A stretch of DNA of 63,214 nt, counting the filler, from Lenisia limosa (lineage: Eukaryota > Protista > Breviatea), in the NCBI GenBank assembly GCA_001655205.1. It is 14 parts of 14 records of this genome, joined end to end, with 100 filler letters (N's around TTAATTAATTAA, not from the genome) between each part and the next. Parts side by side here need not be neighbours in the genome. Positions count along the whole stretch, not along the records: positions 38,313 to 45,125 come from LPNZ01007163.1; positions 45,226 to 47,050 come from LPNZ01010715.1; positions 47,151 to 56,332 come from LPNZ01001271.1; 11 more parts are not named here. One strand, 5' to 3'. The translations under genes were made by a program, and so were the position numbers. The notes under the pieces were generated by a model. The model was not told the DNA's origin, did not search any database, and saw nothing but the letters and a program-made list of their open reading frames with translations. The first letter of the stretch is position 1; each line of letters starts with the position of its first letter. This document shows positions 42,576-56,432 of the stretch, one piece after another.

Positions 42576-43459
42576 TACCCTAGAAAACACAGATAATGTT
42601 AAATTCGATCATCTTTTCTAGAATACCAACTACACATCTATTCAGTCAGCATCTATGAGTAAACATGACACACCAACATATTCCCACATTTACATTATAT
42701 CTTCCACCACTGCCATCTTTGAGAGCTGTGCTAGTTTGGTTGTGTAGATTTTCCCTTAGCTTCTTCCTGTTGGGGGTTTGAGTGAGTGAGAGAGAAAGTG
42801 AGGGGGAGAGAGAGAGAGTATTTTGTGCTCTGTATAAAACGTTTCTACACTTCAGTCCAAAATTACTGAGCATAAGATAACTCAAAAAGGCCCTTGACCG
42901 AGGTGACAGACAACATAAACTCACCCATTTCGGCGCTTCTGTCCTCCGACCCAATTCATCATATTTTAAAATCTATTTAACTTTTATTTTCACAATTTAT
43001 GTTTCATTCTATCACCAAACAGCAAGCAGCAGGTAATATTGATCTCTGATCCAAACTCTATTCGCCTTTTAGCCTTGCCTTCTCCGCCAAACAGATGAGC
43101 AACACTAAATATCTATATAATTATATATATGGGAGCTCATCAAGTATTGGAGTATTGTCGAAACATAAACACCATTATTGCTCGCTGATCTCTTCATCTT
43201 GAAGTGCCTCTTGAAGTTAGCTATTGAATTATTGACGGTATCAGGGACTGTAAGTATTTGTGTAATTGTTACATTCATTTGAGTTCCGTGCTGATCGTGG
43301 TTAGCCGCCTTAGTTGTTGTTGTATTTGTTGAATGGAAAAGATGGACAATCATATTTTCACCTTATTATCAGACATGAGCTTAACTGAGCATCTTAACAC
43401 TCCAGTGCCTTTGATACGAGTTTCAAATCAGAGATTTCACTGACCTATTTTGTTCAACA

Positions 43460-45090
43460 CGATGAATCGGCTTGAACGGATGGGTACAATGGAGGACTTT
43501 GATGAGGATTTGGTAAGCCACCCACTACCCCCCTTGATGGTTTTTTTTAAAAAAAAAATAGTAATTCTGTTTTTTGTTGTATTCAGTGGATTCGCATCAC
43601 CGTACTTTGGATGCGGCGTTATTTTATTATNNNNNNNNNNNNNNNNNNNNNNNNNNNNNNNNNNNNNNNNNNNNNNNNNNNNNNNNNNNNNNNNNNNNNN
43701 NNNNNNNNNNNNNNNNNNNNNNNNNNNNNNNNNNNNNNNNNNNNNNNNNNGGAGGGGTACATTTGGCTCCTGAACCATTGATATGTATAGTTATGAAGCC
43801 AACTCCAAAATATGTGTTACAAATGTTTTCTTCTCTTTTAGGTCTATGTTTTGGACGTGGCAGCGGAGGACCTTTCTAAATGGCGTGTATGGCGTACATA
43901 TCGCCAATTGAAAGCAGCACATCAGAGGGTGGGTCTGTTCATAAGATGAGATGATTGATGAGTTGTTAATCATTGGTTCCCTTGGAATGGAGAGTGAATA
44001 AGTGACGTTAGAGGTGTAACGCGAAGAATACTGGTGGTGTTGGAATGTGGGGGGGGGGGGTAATAAATTTTGCTCAAACAACGCCTTGTTCTGAGCTTGC
44101 ATTACAACATACTCCTTAGATTTCCCCGTTAACAAGACAGGCATTTAAAACCTCGAAGGAGTTCAAACCTTTGAAGGGACTCTTCCCCAAGAAAGCTCCA
44201 GCGAAAAAAGACAAAGTATGGATTGAATAGGTGTATATTTCCCTGTTCTACATATGACTTTGGACTTATACTGTAGCAAATTGAGCAGAAAACAAAGGAT
44301 ATGGCCACCTACTTGAAAACAGTTGGAGAGGAGTCTGAATTGTGTTGTGTGACTTTCCAAGTATATCTAAGGATAAAAGCATCTGTACTTCATATGGGTT
44401 TGCTCAGATAACAACAGATTGAATTCGACGTATTTTCAGTCAGTTTTATTTCAATATTGAGATCTTTTGTCTGTGACTCTTTCCACAGCCACCATTCCCG
44501 TATTCATACCCATAATTTAAATGGTCCTGATGATACGTTTCCGCAGTTCCAGGATTAAATGATATTAAGATATTCAAGAACTCGGCCTTTCGTGTGGCAA
44601 TTCCTTTTACAGTATACAGGACGTACGCATATTTTTCCCAAGTCATACACCTTATCCCTTGTTTCCACCCATAACCATCTTGTTACTTTACTACTTTCTC
44701 CCCCAATCTACGCAGTATAATCCCTCGTTTATTCATTTTAGGTCTGCACCACCCACGGTAACTTTTTGCGTTTGGAGGAAAGCCAAGGTGTGTATCAACC
44801 CCAGTCAGATGTTGAACACAACTTGAGAGGAATTAACATTAAAAATGCCTCGGGTATGAGGGGGGGGGGTGAAAGATTCTCCAAGAACTTGTGCTTTTTT
44901 AAGTCGGTTAACCAATATTTTGACTGAATTTCCCCTCACTCCTTTGATAAAGATCTTTATTCTTCTGATATTACAGCGAATGATATGGCTGCCATGAACA
45001 AGGTCATGGAGGAGGCGATGAAAATCGAAAGGGCTCATGTGGATGAGGAAAGTGGCCGTGTAGAGAAGATGATGAGCGAAGCTGCCTTGG
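43460..45090 (+). CDS. Multi-exon gene fragment, coiled-coil-like
   Basis: Exons MNRLERMGTMEDFDEDL; EFKPLKGLFPKKAPAKKDK; NDMAAMNKVMEEAMKIERAHVDEESGRVEKMMSEAAL. Confidence 0.5.
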
Positions 45091-45309
45091 TGGGGAGGGG
45101 GGTGTATAATGCTGCCTTGTTAGATNNNNNNNNNNNNNNNNNNNNNNNNNNNNNNNNNNNNNNNNNNNNTTAATTAATTAANNNNNNNNNNNNNNNNNNN
45201 NNNNNNNNNNNNNNNNNNNNNNNNNCAACACCGCATCCCATCACCAGTGTACAAAAAACTATTTAAATACGCTATTAAATATACCTTCCAAAACAGGCAT
45301 CTGAGGAGG

Positions 45310-46650
45310 GAGATTCAAGGTTGTGCGTGTAGCAGTCTTGCCGGTCTTACACCTACTTCCGTCGGCTCGGCAGATCTGGGAGGGTAATATAAGGCAGATC
45401 TATTGGGGGGGGGGGGGNNNNNNNNNNNNNNNNNNNNNNNNNNNNNNNNNNNNNNNNNNNNNNNNNNNNNNNNNNNNNNNNNNNNNNNNNNNNNNNNNNN
45501 NNNNNNNNNNNNNNNNNNNNNNNNNNNNNNNNNNNNNNNNNNNNNNNNNNNNNNNNNNNNNNNNNNNNNNNNNNNNNNNAAGGGCACAAGTAAGTTGTCA
45601 ACACTCGAACGCACCATGTTGCCTATGATTCCGGGTCCTGAAACCTGGGCATGTAAGAGTGATAGAAGTTTACCCCGATTGCTTGAAATGCATACAGTCT
45701 CTTGTCGAAGAAAAAATATGTCATCAAATTATAAAGGGATATGAGCGTGGTAGTGGTTTATGAAACCCCGAGTGCAAGCAAAATTGAAAATAATATCCGA
45801 TCAGATCATCAAGCAGGATGGGTGAGGGGGTTGGTGTTTAAAAACCTGAAGGCTAGGATTGTATCCAGTTGGATTTATACATATACTGTGTATATACATC
45901 CATGTATACCAAAAGTTTAAGGGATGTGAGAGTGTAGGAGTTAATTACAAAGGTGATTTGTGTTTATGTTAGATTTACGATCTATAGTCCTAGATACATG
46001 GCAGTCCAAGGGGGATAAAAAAACCCCGAATGCTAGGAATGAATACAGTATCTTGCCCAAGTTATATGTTCATCATCAAAGTATTGAGCGACGTTAGGAT
46101 GGTATGAGTTTAAAAACAATGAATGCTGCTCTTTTGAAATTGTCAAATAACAACCATTTACACGCTTGTGAAGCTCTCAGTGTGTCAAGAAGGTAAGAAC
46201 AATGAATATAGTCTGCACCATATAATATTATCCCTCTTTTACACCAATACCAAGAAGACCCTCTAAAACGAAGGTAGAGGTACATATGTCTACTAACACC
46301 TCCCCCCCCCTTACAGAGAAGGTGTGTCTAAATGAGACGTAACTGGGCAGAGAGAAAGATGGCAACATTTTCAAAATCATCTGGGGGGGGGGGGGANNNN
46401 NNNNNNNNNNNNNNNNNNNNNNNNNNNNNNNNNNNNNNNNNNNNNNNNNNNNNNNNNNNNNNNNNNNNNNNNNNNNNNNNNNNNNNNNNNNNNNNNNNNN
46501 NNNNNNNNNNNNNNNNNNNNNNNNNNNNNNNNNNNNNNNNNNNNNNNNNNNNNNNNNNNNNNNNNNNNNNNNNNNNNNNNNNNNNNNNNNNNNNNNNNNN
46601 NNNGGGTCGAGAAAGCTGACACAGAGCCGGTGAAATTCGTCGTTAAACTG
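45310..46650 (-). CDS. Multi-exon gene fragment, unknown product
   Basis: Exons FNDEFHRLCVSFLD; DFENVAIFLSAQ; VSGPGIIGNMVRSSVDNLLVP; C-run acceptors next to gaps. Confidence 0.45.
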
Positions 46651-46989
46651 GAGAATTAGTAGGAAGAAAAAGGGACGTTGACATTGGTTAAGCCGGCGTA
46701 ATAGTCGGCACAAAACGGACCGAATGTCCAACCCCTATTTTACTCTAAGGGTCTCTTGGTACACATTAAGGACAAAAATTTCTGTTATCTGTTCAACAAA
46801 TCAATCTTTACATTTCCAAGTTTCATTTTGTTTCATCTACCTTCACTGTAAACTCCCTACGGATTTTGAGGGACGTCCACTGCCTTATACTGCATCACAA
46901 CGGTGAAGAGATAGGCCGTTTCAATGACCAACCCGTTGCAGGTCATTTGAACCTGAAATAATGAAAATGGAAAGGTGATAATCACGAGG

Positions 46990-46999
46990 ATGGTGGTGG

Positions 47000-47050
<51 letters not shown>

Positions 47051-47220
47051 NNNNNNNNNNNNNNNNNNNNNNNNNNNNNNNNNNNNNNNNNNNNTTAATT
47101 AATTAANNNNNNNNNNNNNNNNNNNNNNNNNNNNNNNNNNNNNNNNNNNNGCCTGTGTGTGTTGTCTGTCTGTCTGTCTGTGTATGTGTATGTGTGTGTG
47201 TGTGTGTTGTGTGTGTGTGT
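46990..47220. repeat. (GAT)n and (TG)n/(TCTG)n microsatellites at contig ends
   Basis: Read directly from the sequence. Confidence 0.9.
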
Positions 47221-47329
47221 TTATAATATAATTTCAACCTTAAATTTCTTGTTATCCATCTGACTCAAATGTTTGTATGTGTGAGGTTTCCTTTTTCCTT
47301 GTTCACCCCCCACCCCCTAGATCCCTCTT

Positions 47330-50030
47330 ACCACTGGCCGAGTTTTGTCCCTTTCACAGTCGCCATCACGACGGTATGGCCTTCAAATATCAGATGGTTT
47401 CTTAATTTAATATAAAGCATCTTTTTTTTATTCACTTCAGGCCCTGCATACCTCCTTTTAAAGGCACAAGCCCACTCGATGCCAAAGTTCCTGAAGGTAC
47501 AGAATTGTTCAGAACCATCTCTATTACTCTCAAACCATATTTAAGCTCAACGACAAACAGTACTGTCTTATTGTCACAGCAAATGTTATAAGGCTATTGA
47601 GGCTATTTTTTTTATATATTTTTTTTCTGATTTTATGAATGTAGTTCCGAAATCCCCCCGTGTCGCCGCCCCCGCCTACCCATCTTTAAGTTTGGGTACC
47701 GCTGTCAAACTTCGCTCTTTTTCAAAAGGTTGGACAGGGCTTAAAAAAAAATTCACTGGGTAAATGTCAAAATTATGTCAAATTGGATTTAGTTCCCTCA
47801 TTGTGGACTGTTTCTTTTGTATTATACGGTGTAAGTCTTTATTTTCTTAGAGTCCTCACATTCCCCCTCAGTTCCGCTCTCAGAAGCTTCTGGTTTGATA
47901 TAATTTGATCTTGGTTTTCTCATTTCCCCAAGTATTTTTATCCAATTATTCAATATTCAAAATATGACATTTCTCAACCTATTCTTCTTTGTTTTAGTTC
48001 TACCCTAAGAGGTTCCAATATGTTGGATACGGCACTGCAGAATTGACTTGCCACCCCTGCTTTTTGATCCCCTAGTGTTTATAAATCCCATACTGTTTCT
48101 GCTGCTTTGATTCCGGCTTCACACACTCCTCTCCAGACACTCAAAACAAAGCCAATGACGAAACCCCCAAAGTGCCGAGTCGAGATTTCCAGCCTTCCGT
48201 AGTGTTGCCTCCAGGAATTGACCATCTTGTTAGGGGGCAAGGGATATAAGGGCACTTTTGTTAAGGTCAAGATACGTATATAATAATAATAAAAAACCTC
48301 GGTGATATTATACATTAAAAACAATGCACAAGGATACCGTGCTTATCGAAGAGGGTTTATCTAGGAACCAGCAGAACAATTGGATTTATCTAATTGTAAG
48401 AACTTGGAATAATACCACACTCCTTTCACTTTTGTAGAAGAGAAGTACTATGAACACCCCACCTCCGCCTGAGGCTCTGCCTTCGCCAAGACCGTCTTCA
48501 GCCCTTGTCAGCGTGCTGAATAAGGCAACTCATGTGGAGACCAGCAAGGATCTGCCAGGTATGGGGGAGATTTAAACCACTCGTCTACCAAAAAGAAAAA
48601 ATACTGATACGATGCGCAACTGGAAGCCCAGCCTCATTGAACTGCCTCTTGTTGGATTTTCTCATCAGCACAGTGGCGCGCGTGCCGCCACGGCCCGATT
48701 TCCACCGCATGGACTCCAATTTGGCCCAGGTTTCCATCCAGTGTGAGCCTAACACTCCAAACTCCTGGCCGCAAAACAGCGAAAACACGCCGACGTTCGA
48801 AGGCAACGGTTTTGAGCAAACGTCCCCCAGAACGGCCCCCTACAAAGTTGGTCCCTTGTCACTTCTCAGCATACTGGGCAGTAATTCCTGATGTTGTAGG
48901 GCACACCTCCTCCTCCCCCTGTCACGCCGCCCCCACAGTCCAAACGCAATGTGAGTTTGGGGCTACATAGCATATCGGTTTTCCCAGCTTTGATAGATTG
49001 TGGACCCTGCTTCAAGTACAGACTTTATAATTATCATATTTATCATATTTACAGATGGCTCACATTCAATTAAGTTATGAGCCTTTTACTCTTATCTCAC
49101 TTTTCAGGCAGACACCCCTTCGCCCATTCATTGTAGTGCCAAGTCCCCCCTTCGAAACCACAAACGGCCAAAAACAAGCCAAAGTATTTTGCCATGTATG
49201 CTCTTTTAGGGCTTATCCGTTGCATAAAAGTCAGAATATATGTATATTGTCATTTTGTCTTGACTCTTTTGCCATTACAAGTACAGTACCTGTAAACGAG
49301 GCCACAAACCTCGACGACGACATTCGGAACGCTACGTCGAAGCAGTTCCATGATGACCCGCGCATTTCGTTGCGTAAGCACAAGTCCTCTTTGTCCCCTA
49401 TGGACCGCCTCAAAACAGCTGTTGTGGCCACGTCAATTGCTATCAAGGTGGGAGCGTTGCCATGTAAAGGAAGACTTGAGGGGGGGGGGGTGCTTTGCTT
49501 CACAAAATGGATGGACAAAACGAATTTTCTATTGATAGGGTCAGTGTGTGGCGGGTAGGATTGATAGGGTCAGAATCCAGTAGTTGGCTGACATTCATTT
49601 CTCGGCAATGTGCGACAATTATCGTCAATAGTCCATCACCCTTCAGGCTCGAACCGCCCGTAGCCCGCCAAACGTCCGGTCCACATACTCGGCCTGCGAC
49701 TCCGATTCCGACGTTGAGGGCGCCCTGGAACCCCGGTGTATGTCCGAGCCGCCGGCCACACCCACCCGGAAGCGGAGAGGCCCAGCTCGATGTGACGAAA
49801 ACCTGCAAGATGTCGGCGAGTTCAGCTTTCCGATCAGGCCGACACGGCAGCAGCCACATTGGCGCGCAATGCAGGGCGTGCCGTCAGGCAAAGTCCTAAA
49901 TTGGCAACTTCCCATTTCGGAACAAACAGCCGGTAACATTCCGCCGCCATTGGCGCAATTCACTCCACTCTTCCCCAGTGCTGCTGAGAGCTATGCTCTG
50001 ACTGCTATCCAGGTTTGGGGCTTCTGAGAA
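47330..50030 (+). CDS. Pro/Ser-rich exons, either the N-terminus of the Cdc20-like gene or a separate gene
   Basis: Exons PEALPSPRPSSALVSVLNK; 12-nt microexon 48939-48950; TVPVNEATNLDDDIRN...; ARTARSPPNVRS...AESYALTAIQ. Confidence 0.5.
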
Positions 50031-50099
50031 CACAGTATTCTACGGGCCCTTCTTTCCACTCATATTTTTCTTTTGAATGCATTGGACCAATGCCTTCAC

Positions 50100-52701
50100 T
50101 ATTGTAGTCGAAACGGATGTCGGAGAGTGAACGGTTCAATGCGCGTCTTTTGAGCCACCAAAAGCAGCGATGTGGGTGGTGTTCTATCAATAACTTAGAT
50201 GGGACCCGTTGGTCGTCATAATTTTGTTTGCGGTGGATTGGATTCTCGAGGCTTAGTTCGCTGTAGACAACCAGGACATCCGAGTGGCGCGTACGTCGCT
50301 GCCTCGAGGCTTCTTCTCGGCTCTACGTTCCGTGGATGTTGGTTGGGCCAAGACCAATGGGGGATGGTGATATTAGTTCGTTTCCAATCTTGGGGGGTTT
50401 CAAAAGGAAAAATACTCTATAGTTATACTTTTCTTTCTTTTTTTTCAATGCGTATAAATAGTCTCACAGCACTGAGCAGTCCAGGAGATTTCACCCTTTC
50501 AGCTGAGAATTGAAGATGACTACTACTGCAACCTACTGAGTTACAACAAACAAGGCCATCTTGCTCTTGGCGGATCTCATGAGGTTGGCTCTGACACGAT
50601 ATACGTGTTATGTTGATACCAGACGTAAAGTCAGTAACGAATGAGGAAAATGTTTAACCTGACAGTGCCACATTGCTCTCCCCAACAACGACATTCTTTT
50701 GGTCAATAGACAGACGGTGAAAGAGCCTGTGCAGTGCACTGAGTACAGTCCGACCGGACAACTCGCAATCATCACCAAGGAAGGAGTAATGGGGGTTGAA
50801 GAAAGGAGAGGGGCGCAATTTGGTTCAAGTAAAATGGTTGCGTTGTACCTCTCTGGACTGGTTTTGGAACCCTCCATTAAGCTGACATTGTAGAACCACG
50901 TATTCAAAACCTGCATTACCTCTGCGGACTACCAAGAAATCCTGAGGTTCCCATCATCGCAGAAGGTAAACGGGAGTTGACTTAATTGAATTGCGTTTTT
51001 TTTGGTGCAGTTTTTTTCAAATGTAGAGAGACGGTCATGACCACCCATAGGCTACAGCATTCCGATGGGTGGACCCCTACACTGCAATTGCCGCAAATGC
51101 CCACAACCTCAAGTTCTATGACATTCGGGCCACTCCGATCCCTATTTACGACATAAAATCTTGCCATACGTGAGAGGGGCACATTTTTACACCAAAAATG
51201 AGAATCCGTTCATTGTGATGGTGCTTTGACAAATCCGTAATGCAGCCTTATACGTACTTTTTTTCAATTTCTTCAACATAATATAAAGTGCCCGGGGGGA
51301 TAAGTCTTAACCTATTGTCCTTGGGATAGCACATAGCAAATCGGTCAAGACGTTCCCGGTCACTGTATTTGTATACGCATTTTTTCGGTGTATCATGTCT
51401 CATTGTTCAGCCGTGACATTTGTGGAATTTCGATAAGCCATGACTCAACCTCCTTTGCTCTTGGTGGGAGGGGGGCTAGAGAAAGGAAGTTTCAGGATGG
51501 GGACTAGAGAAAGGAAGTTTCAGGATGGGGCTTTGGAGGGGGGGATGCGAAACTCAGTGTTTCCAAGATGAGTGGTCTTGATATTTTAGATGTTCCTTTT
51601 CATCCAACGATGAGAACGGCTAACCCTCCATAGGTAGTGATGATAACTGCGTGTCAGTGGGCGATATGCGGCAACTGAGCCAAACCGTCCTCTTCCTCAA
51701 GGAAGCTGCCGCGTCACAACGGGTTGGCGGAATTCTCGAAACATGTAGAGAGATATTGTCTTGGACTATTTCAAACCGAATTGAGCCCGAGGGTCTAGAG
51801 TTCATAAAGGATATTATGCACTATTGGTAATGGAATTTTCTGCGTTGTTGAGTATTTTTATCCCATGAAAATTATCAGCACGATTGCATTCAAACAACCT
51901 ATTATCATGTCTTCATTTGTACCCATCTCTCCAACTACCGCTAGATTGTTATCCCCTCTGTTCATAATCATCCTATCTTCACCCCCTCCTCCGTGTTCAT
52001 TTTTCATTTTCACCCCCCCCCCCTAGGCCCTGGCATGGTGTCCTTACGATCGCGGGATCCTGGCTGCAGGCGGTGGAAACAGCGACCCCGCAATCCGCAT
52101 CTACGATGTACTTCGAGGCGGCATCAAAAGGGTCGAAGTCCACTGTGACAGCCAGGTGGGGGCGTTGTGAGAAGGAGAGGAAATATTCGGCTTGGTTGTT
52201 TTCAGAGTGAATTGGCACTATTATTGCCTCACAACCCAGGTGTGTGCTATGAACTGGTCTCCTGACTCTCACGAGATCCTGTCAGCTCACGGCTTCCCCT
52301 CCCCCGAGATTGCCTTGCTGGACTCTGAAACATGCAACATCGTGAGAGGACTGCAGCATGCTTTACCTCTCAATGTTAGACCAGAAGCCTCTCTAACAGC
52401 CCCCAGATTGCACGAGCCAAGACGAAGAATAGAGTCTTGAACCTGGCTGTCAACAGCGACCGTTCCAAGTTTGCCTGCTCTCGTAGGGGGGTCATTGTTG
52501 TATTGGTAATATTGTAATTCTCTTCGTGGTTGTGTTGTAGAAGATACTGCACAAATTAAGTTGAAAGTTTGGTTCCAAATACCGCCCCCCCCCCACCTCA
52601 CCCCCGAAGACAGCCGTAAGGTGCTGGAGTTCTCCATGACTGATTTTGTCCCTCTGGGTCCGCACAAAGAGGTCCCGGACGCGCTAGTCTCACTGGGATA
52701 G
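50100..52701 (+). CDS. Divergent Cdc20/Fizzy/Cdh1-family WD40 APC/C activator
   Basis: IEDDYYCNLLSY; LKFYDIR; GSDDNCV; ALAWCPYDRGILAAGGGNSDPAIRIYD; SQ|VCAMNWSPDSHEILSAHGF; RVLNLAVNSD; stop TAG at 52699. Confidence 0.85.
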
Positions 52702-52722
52702 CCATCTGGTAGGCGGGTCACT

Positions 52723-52821
52723 TAGACTTCAGTTCGATCCGAAAAATATTGGTAAAATATCGATAGTTTTCGAGGATTTATCGAGAAATTCTGTCTTTTT
52801 TCAAACCGAAGTGAAGCCATA
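52723..52821. mobile_element. hAT-type MITE, family 1
   Basis: Family core and right TIR AAACCGAAGTGAAGCCATA; further degenerate copies at 57744-57820 and 62101-62165. Confidence 0.75.
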
Positions 52822-53339
52822 CTGGTGGTCACACTTCATGGCCATGGTCATTATTACATTACATTGCTGGTCATATTGCTGATGTCTCTCTAATTCACAC
52901 TTCAGTGATTTATTTTACCATGCCTGTACTCTTTTTCGTCTTTTTTCTTTTTTGCATAGTTTTGATTTTGTTTCTTTTTTATTTAATATTTATGCGATAT
53001 TGGCCTTGGCTAATTCGTTAGTTTGATGCATTTCACGCACCCTTGACATTTTGTACCATTACCCAGTCGCTTTGGTTTTCCTCCTGCTATGGAGTTATCA
53101 AATAAGTACTGATGAGATCACTTTAAAAAGGACATTTATAGTACACATGGAAAACACCTAGAATAAAAGAAAACGAAGAAANNNNNNNNNNNNNNNNNNN
53201 NNNNNNNNNNNNNNNNNNNNNNNNNNNNNNNNNNNNNNNNNNNNNNNNNNNNNNNNNNNNNNNNNNNNNNNNNNNNNNNNNNNNNNNNNNNNNNNNNNNN
53301 NNNNNNNNNNNNNNNNATATGGGAGATGCCCTCCCCCCT

Positions 53340-56230
53340 CACAAAAAACCTTGAAGGGTCCCTCGCGCTGCACGAAGACGACCGGCGTGACGGTAGATCT
53401 CGACAAGCATCCGAACGTGACGTGTACACAGAGTGGCTGATTTGATCACTGTCCAATATAGCGCCAGCCTCAATGGCAAGATCCTTAATCTCCTGCTCAA
53501 ACTCCTCTTGGTCCTTGAGATGCTCAAAGTCCTCTGATAGCAGCACTGGAGTGATTGGCACCATTGAGCCAACCTGGGGGGAGAGAGGGGTAAGCTAATG
53601 GGGGAGGTAAACTAATTTCGATGAAATACTGGCGAAAACGACAAGAATACAAAGAAACTGCAATCGATGAAATATTATGAGACAAAACAAAGAAGCCCAA
53701 ATCAACTCTGTTAACACACAAGGATTGAGAACAACGAAACAAATAAATTTAGTTAAAAGACACTAGGTGGATGTCGTAAACAAGACATGGGGGTGGGGGG
53801 CTGACAATATAGGAAAACCTATCACAAAGTAATCCGATGTACCCACTTCTGAAAGTTGGGGGCATCTTCGGATGTTGAGGGCAACCAAACTGTCGTCCAA
53901 CTCTCGCGAAGTGGCTGAAGGTATTAAATCGAGAATTTGTCTGTTAATGTGAGCAACGAAGTGTTTATTTGGCGTAAGAAATTATGGTTTCATTATGTTG
54001 TATTTCTGACCAAAGCCTGTGAGCATTTGACTACACTTGTCACTCCCCCACCGGAGTAATGGTTTCTATACCAATTGAGAACCTCTCGCTGCGGCCGGGC
54101 GAATTTCATCCGACGAGTGCAGCCAGGCAACTTCCAGCCACCCCAATACACCCGGGTCATCTCTGGGGGTGGGTAAGTCGGATTGTTCAAAGGCGTTGAA
54201 CAGCAAAGGTCAGTCGATTCTGCTGCACAGTATCACATTCATTTGGCATCCCATCACATCAATATCCAGTATTTGGGGAGTCAGGTGAGCGGAATTGCAA
54301 AGGATCACATATCGAAGAGCCCTAATACCTGGCGGGTACACTTTGTTGTGATCGAGGAGGTCGATCATGGTTCTGAAATACTGGCTGTAGTGGGTGCGCG
54401 TTTTCGGCTCCGTAGATGCGGGATTCGGCTCAACCCCGGCCTGGACCTCGGGAGAGGCTGGGTCAAATGCAGTGTCATCGAGGATTTTCTGGGTGGTCAG
54501 AGAATGGAGTTATTTTCCCTCATGGTATACATTCTGTTGCCATTTCTATGTATCAAGACAAACACTGTCACTATTGCCTTGACACATCCAAAAGTATTCC
54601 CAGAGAAGTATATTACCCCCACTAAGTAGTGTTTTTCTGCCCAGTGCCAGTTGACGTAAGTGCGGGACATTTTGAAGATCAGATAATAAAATTCAATTAC
54701 ATCTCCCATGGAGCGGTGGAGCTGAGGAGAGGGTAAATTGAAAAAGTAAACATTGAAGTGGCCATTCATTAAGCAACACGCACCTGGTCAGCAATAACTC
54801 TAAACTGCTTCCTGACAGCGTTATAAGCCATCTTCACAATGTAGGCCTCTTTCTTGGTGCTAAAACATGAATGCTCTATCACTATCTCCATACGCCCTTG
54901 CTTTAGATAACACCATATTTTCAATCAATAAGCCTATTGATATATGATATATTATATAGAATAGCATATGATTTGTACATTTGTCTATACTCCACCCCCC
55001 CCTTCCCTACAAAGTCCATTTTTTTTCTAGGGTGTCACCAAGAATAGTCAGCGGGCGCAGGAACAGAAATCGGAACAGTTCAACATCGTCGTCCGTCCAT
55101 TGTCCTGAGAGGGATTATGATGGTGAAGGGACTATGATGGTGGTGAAGGGTTGATCCAAATTAAACAAAACAATTGAATCATTACCAACTCTGAAAACTG
55201 CACAATGTAAAGTGTGTACCACCGAACATATACGTTACACAATGTATATTGTGGGGATAGGAATGGAATAATAAAGCTTGGTAAGGGGTAATATGTGTTT
55301 TACCACCATTTTATTGAAGGGATTTAATGTAACGTGCGTGCCATTAAACATATCCGGCACACAATCCCCTCACTGGGCCTTGTCAGAGCAGCAGGGTTTA
55401 GGGGTGGTTGGGGAGAGAAGCTAGCTTGTGCGTTGTTGTAGAGGTACGGTACTGTGCCCATGTTGGTCAAGATCGGGAGGAGTGCGTTCCAAGTTTTGAC
55501 TGCATATTCCACAAACGCTGAATTGGGTCAAAAAGCACCGATTAATATGAGACAGACTTATCATCTGGTAAGGGTGGGGGAGCATAGACCGTTATTTTCA
55601 CGAATCAGCATTAATTTGTTCAGTGATTGCACAATTTTTTTCAATTTAGTGAAATAATCCATGAAGCCAAAAATCAAACACTCTTGTACCCAATTCCGAA
55701 CCCTTTTTGGCGGTGTGCTTTGCAGGCGGGAAGGGGTGAATGTCAGCAAGCGGACGAATGGCTCGATAAAAATTTTTCTGGAAAGTTAAACCAAAATAAT
55801 CCAATTATCAGTGAGGTGATCTAATTCAACGCATGAGATTTGATAAGAAATATTCAACTAATACGCTATTGCCCTAAAAGACAGCGTTTCTCCATCCTGA
55901 CAACAATTATTCCTCAGTCTTGTTCGGATTGTAGTGAACCTCGCTTACTTCGGGTATGGCTGGGAGAAGGAAGTTGTAATATTGCCTTTTGAGACAATAG
56001 AAGAACTGAAACAATCGACTAGAGTGTGAGAATTTTCATGCCTCAATTCAAGCAGTATCAAAAATGACAAACAAACCACGATACTGAATTATTTCGTAAG
56101 ACAATCCACTGAAAATAATATAACACCATCAAGCTCACCCCGAGTCGAAGTTGACATTTGACGGTTTACGGCGACATCGAATGATAAAGTCTTCAACTGC
56201 ATGGTAAAAGCGGGGTTAATTATGCAAGCT
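53340..56230 (-). CDS. SANT/Myb-domain protein (MIER/MTA/RERE-like SANT), partial
   Basis: QWTDDDVELFRFLF; TKKEAYIVKMAYNAVRKQFRVIADQ|LHRSMGDVIEFYYLIFK. Confidence 0.65.
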
Positions 56231-56432
56231 ACGGAGGGGGGTATAATTGGAAAATTTATGAAAAAATCAACTCTGTTGGCTGACAACACACGAGGATTGA
56301 TAACAACACAATAAACAAAGCCCATGCCAGTCNNNNNNNNNNNNNNNNNNNNNNNNNNNNNNNNNNNNNNNNNNNNTTAATTAATTAANNNNNNNNNNNN
56401 NNNNNNNNNNNNNNNNNNNNNNNNNNNNNNNN

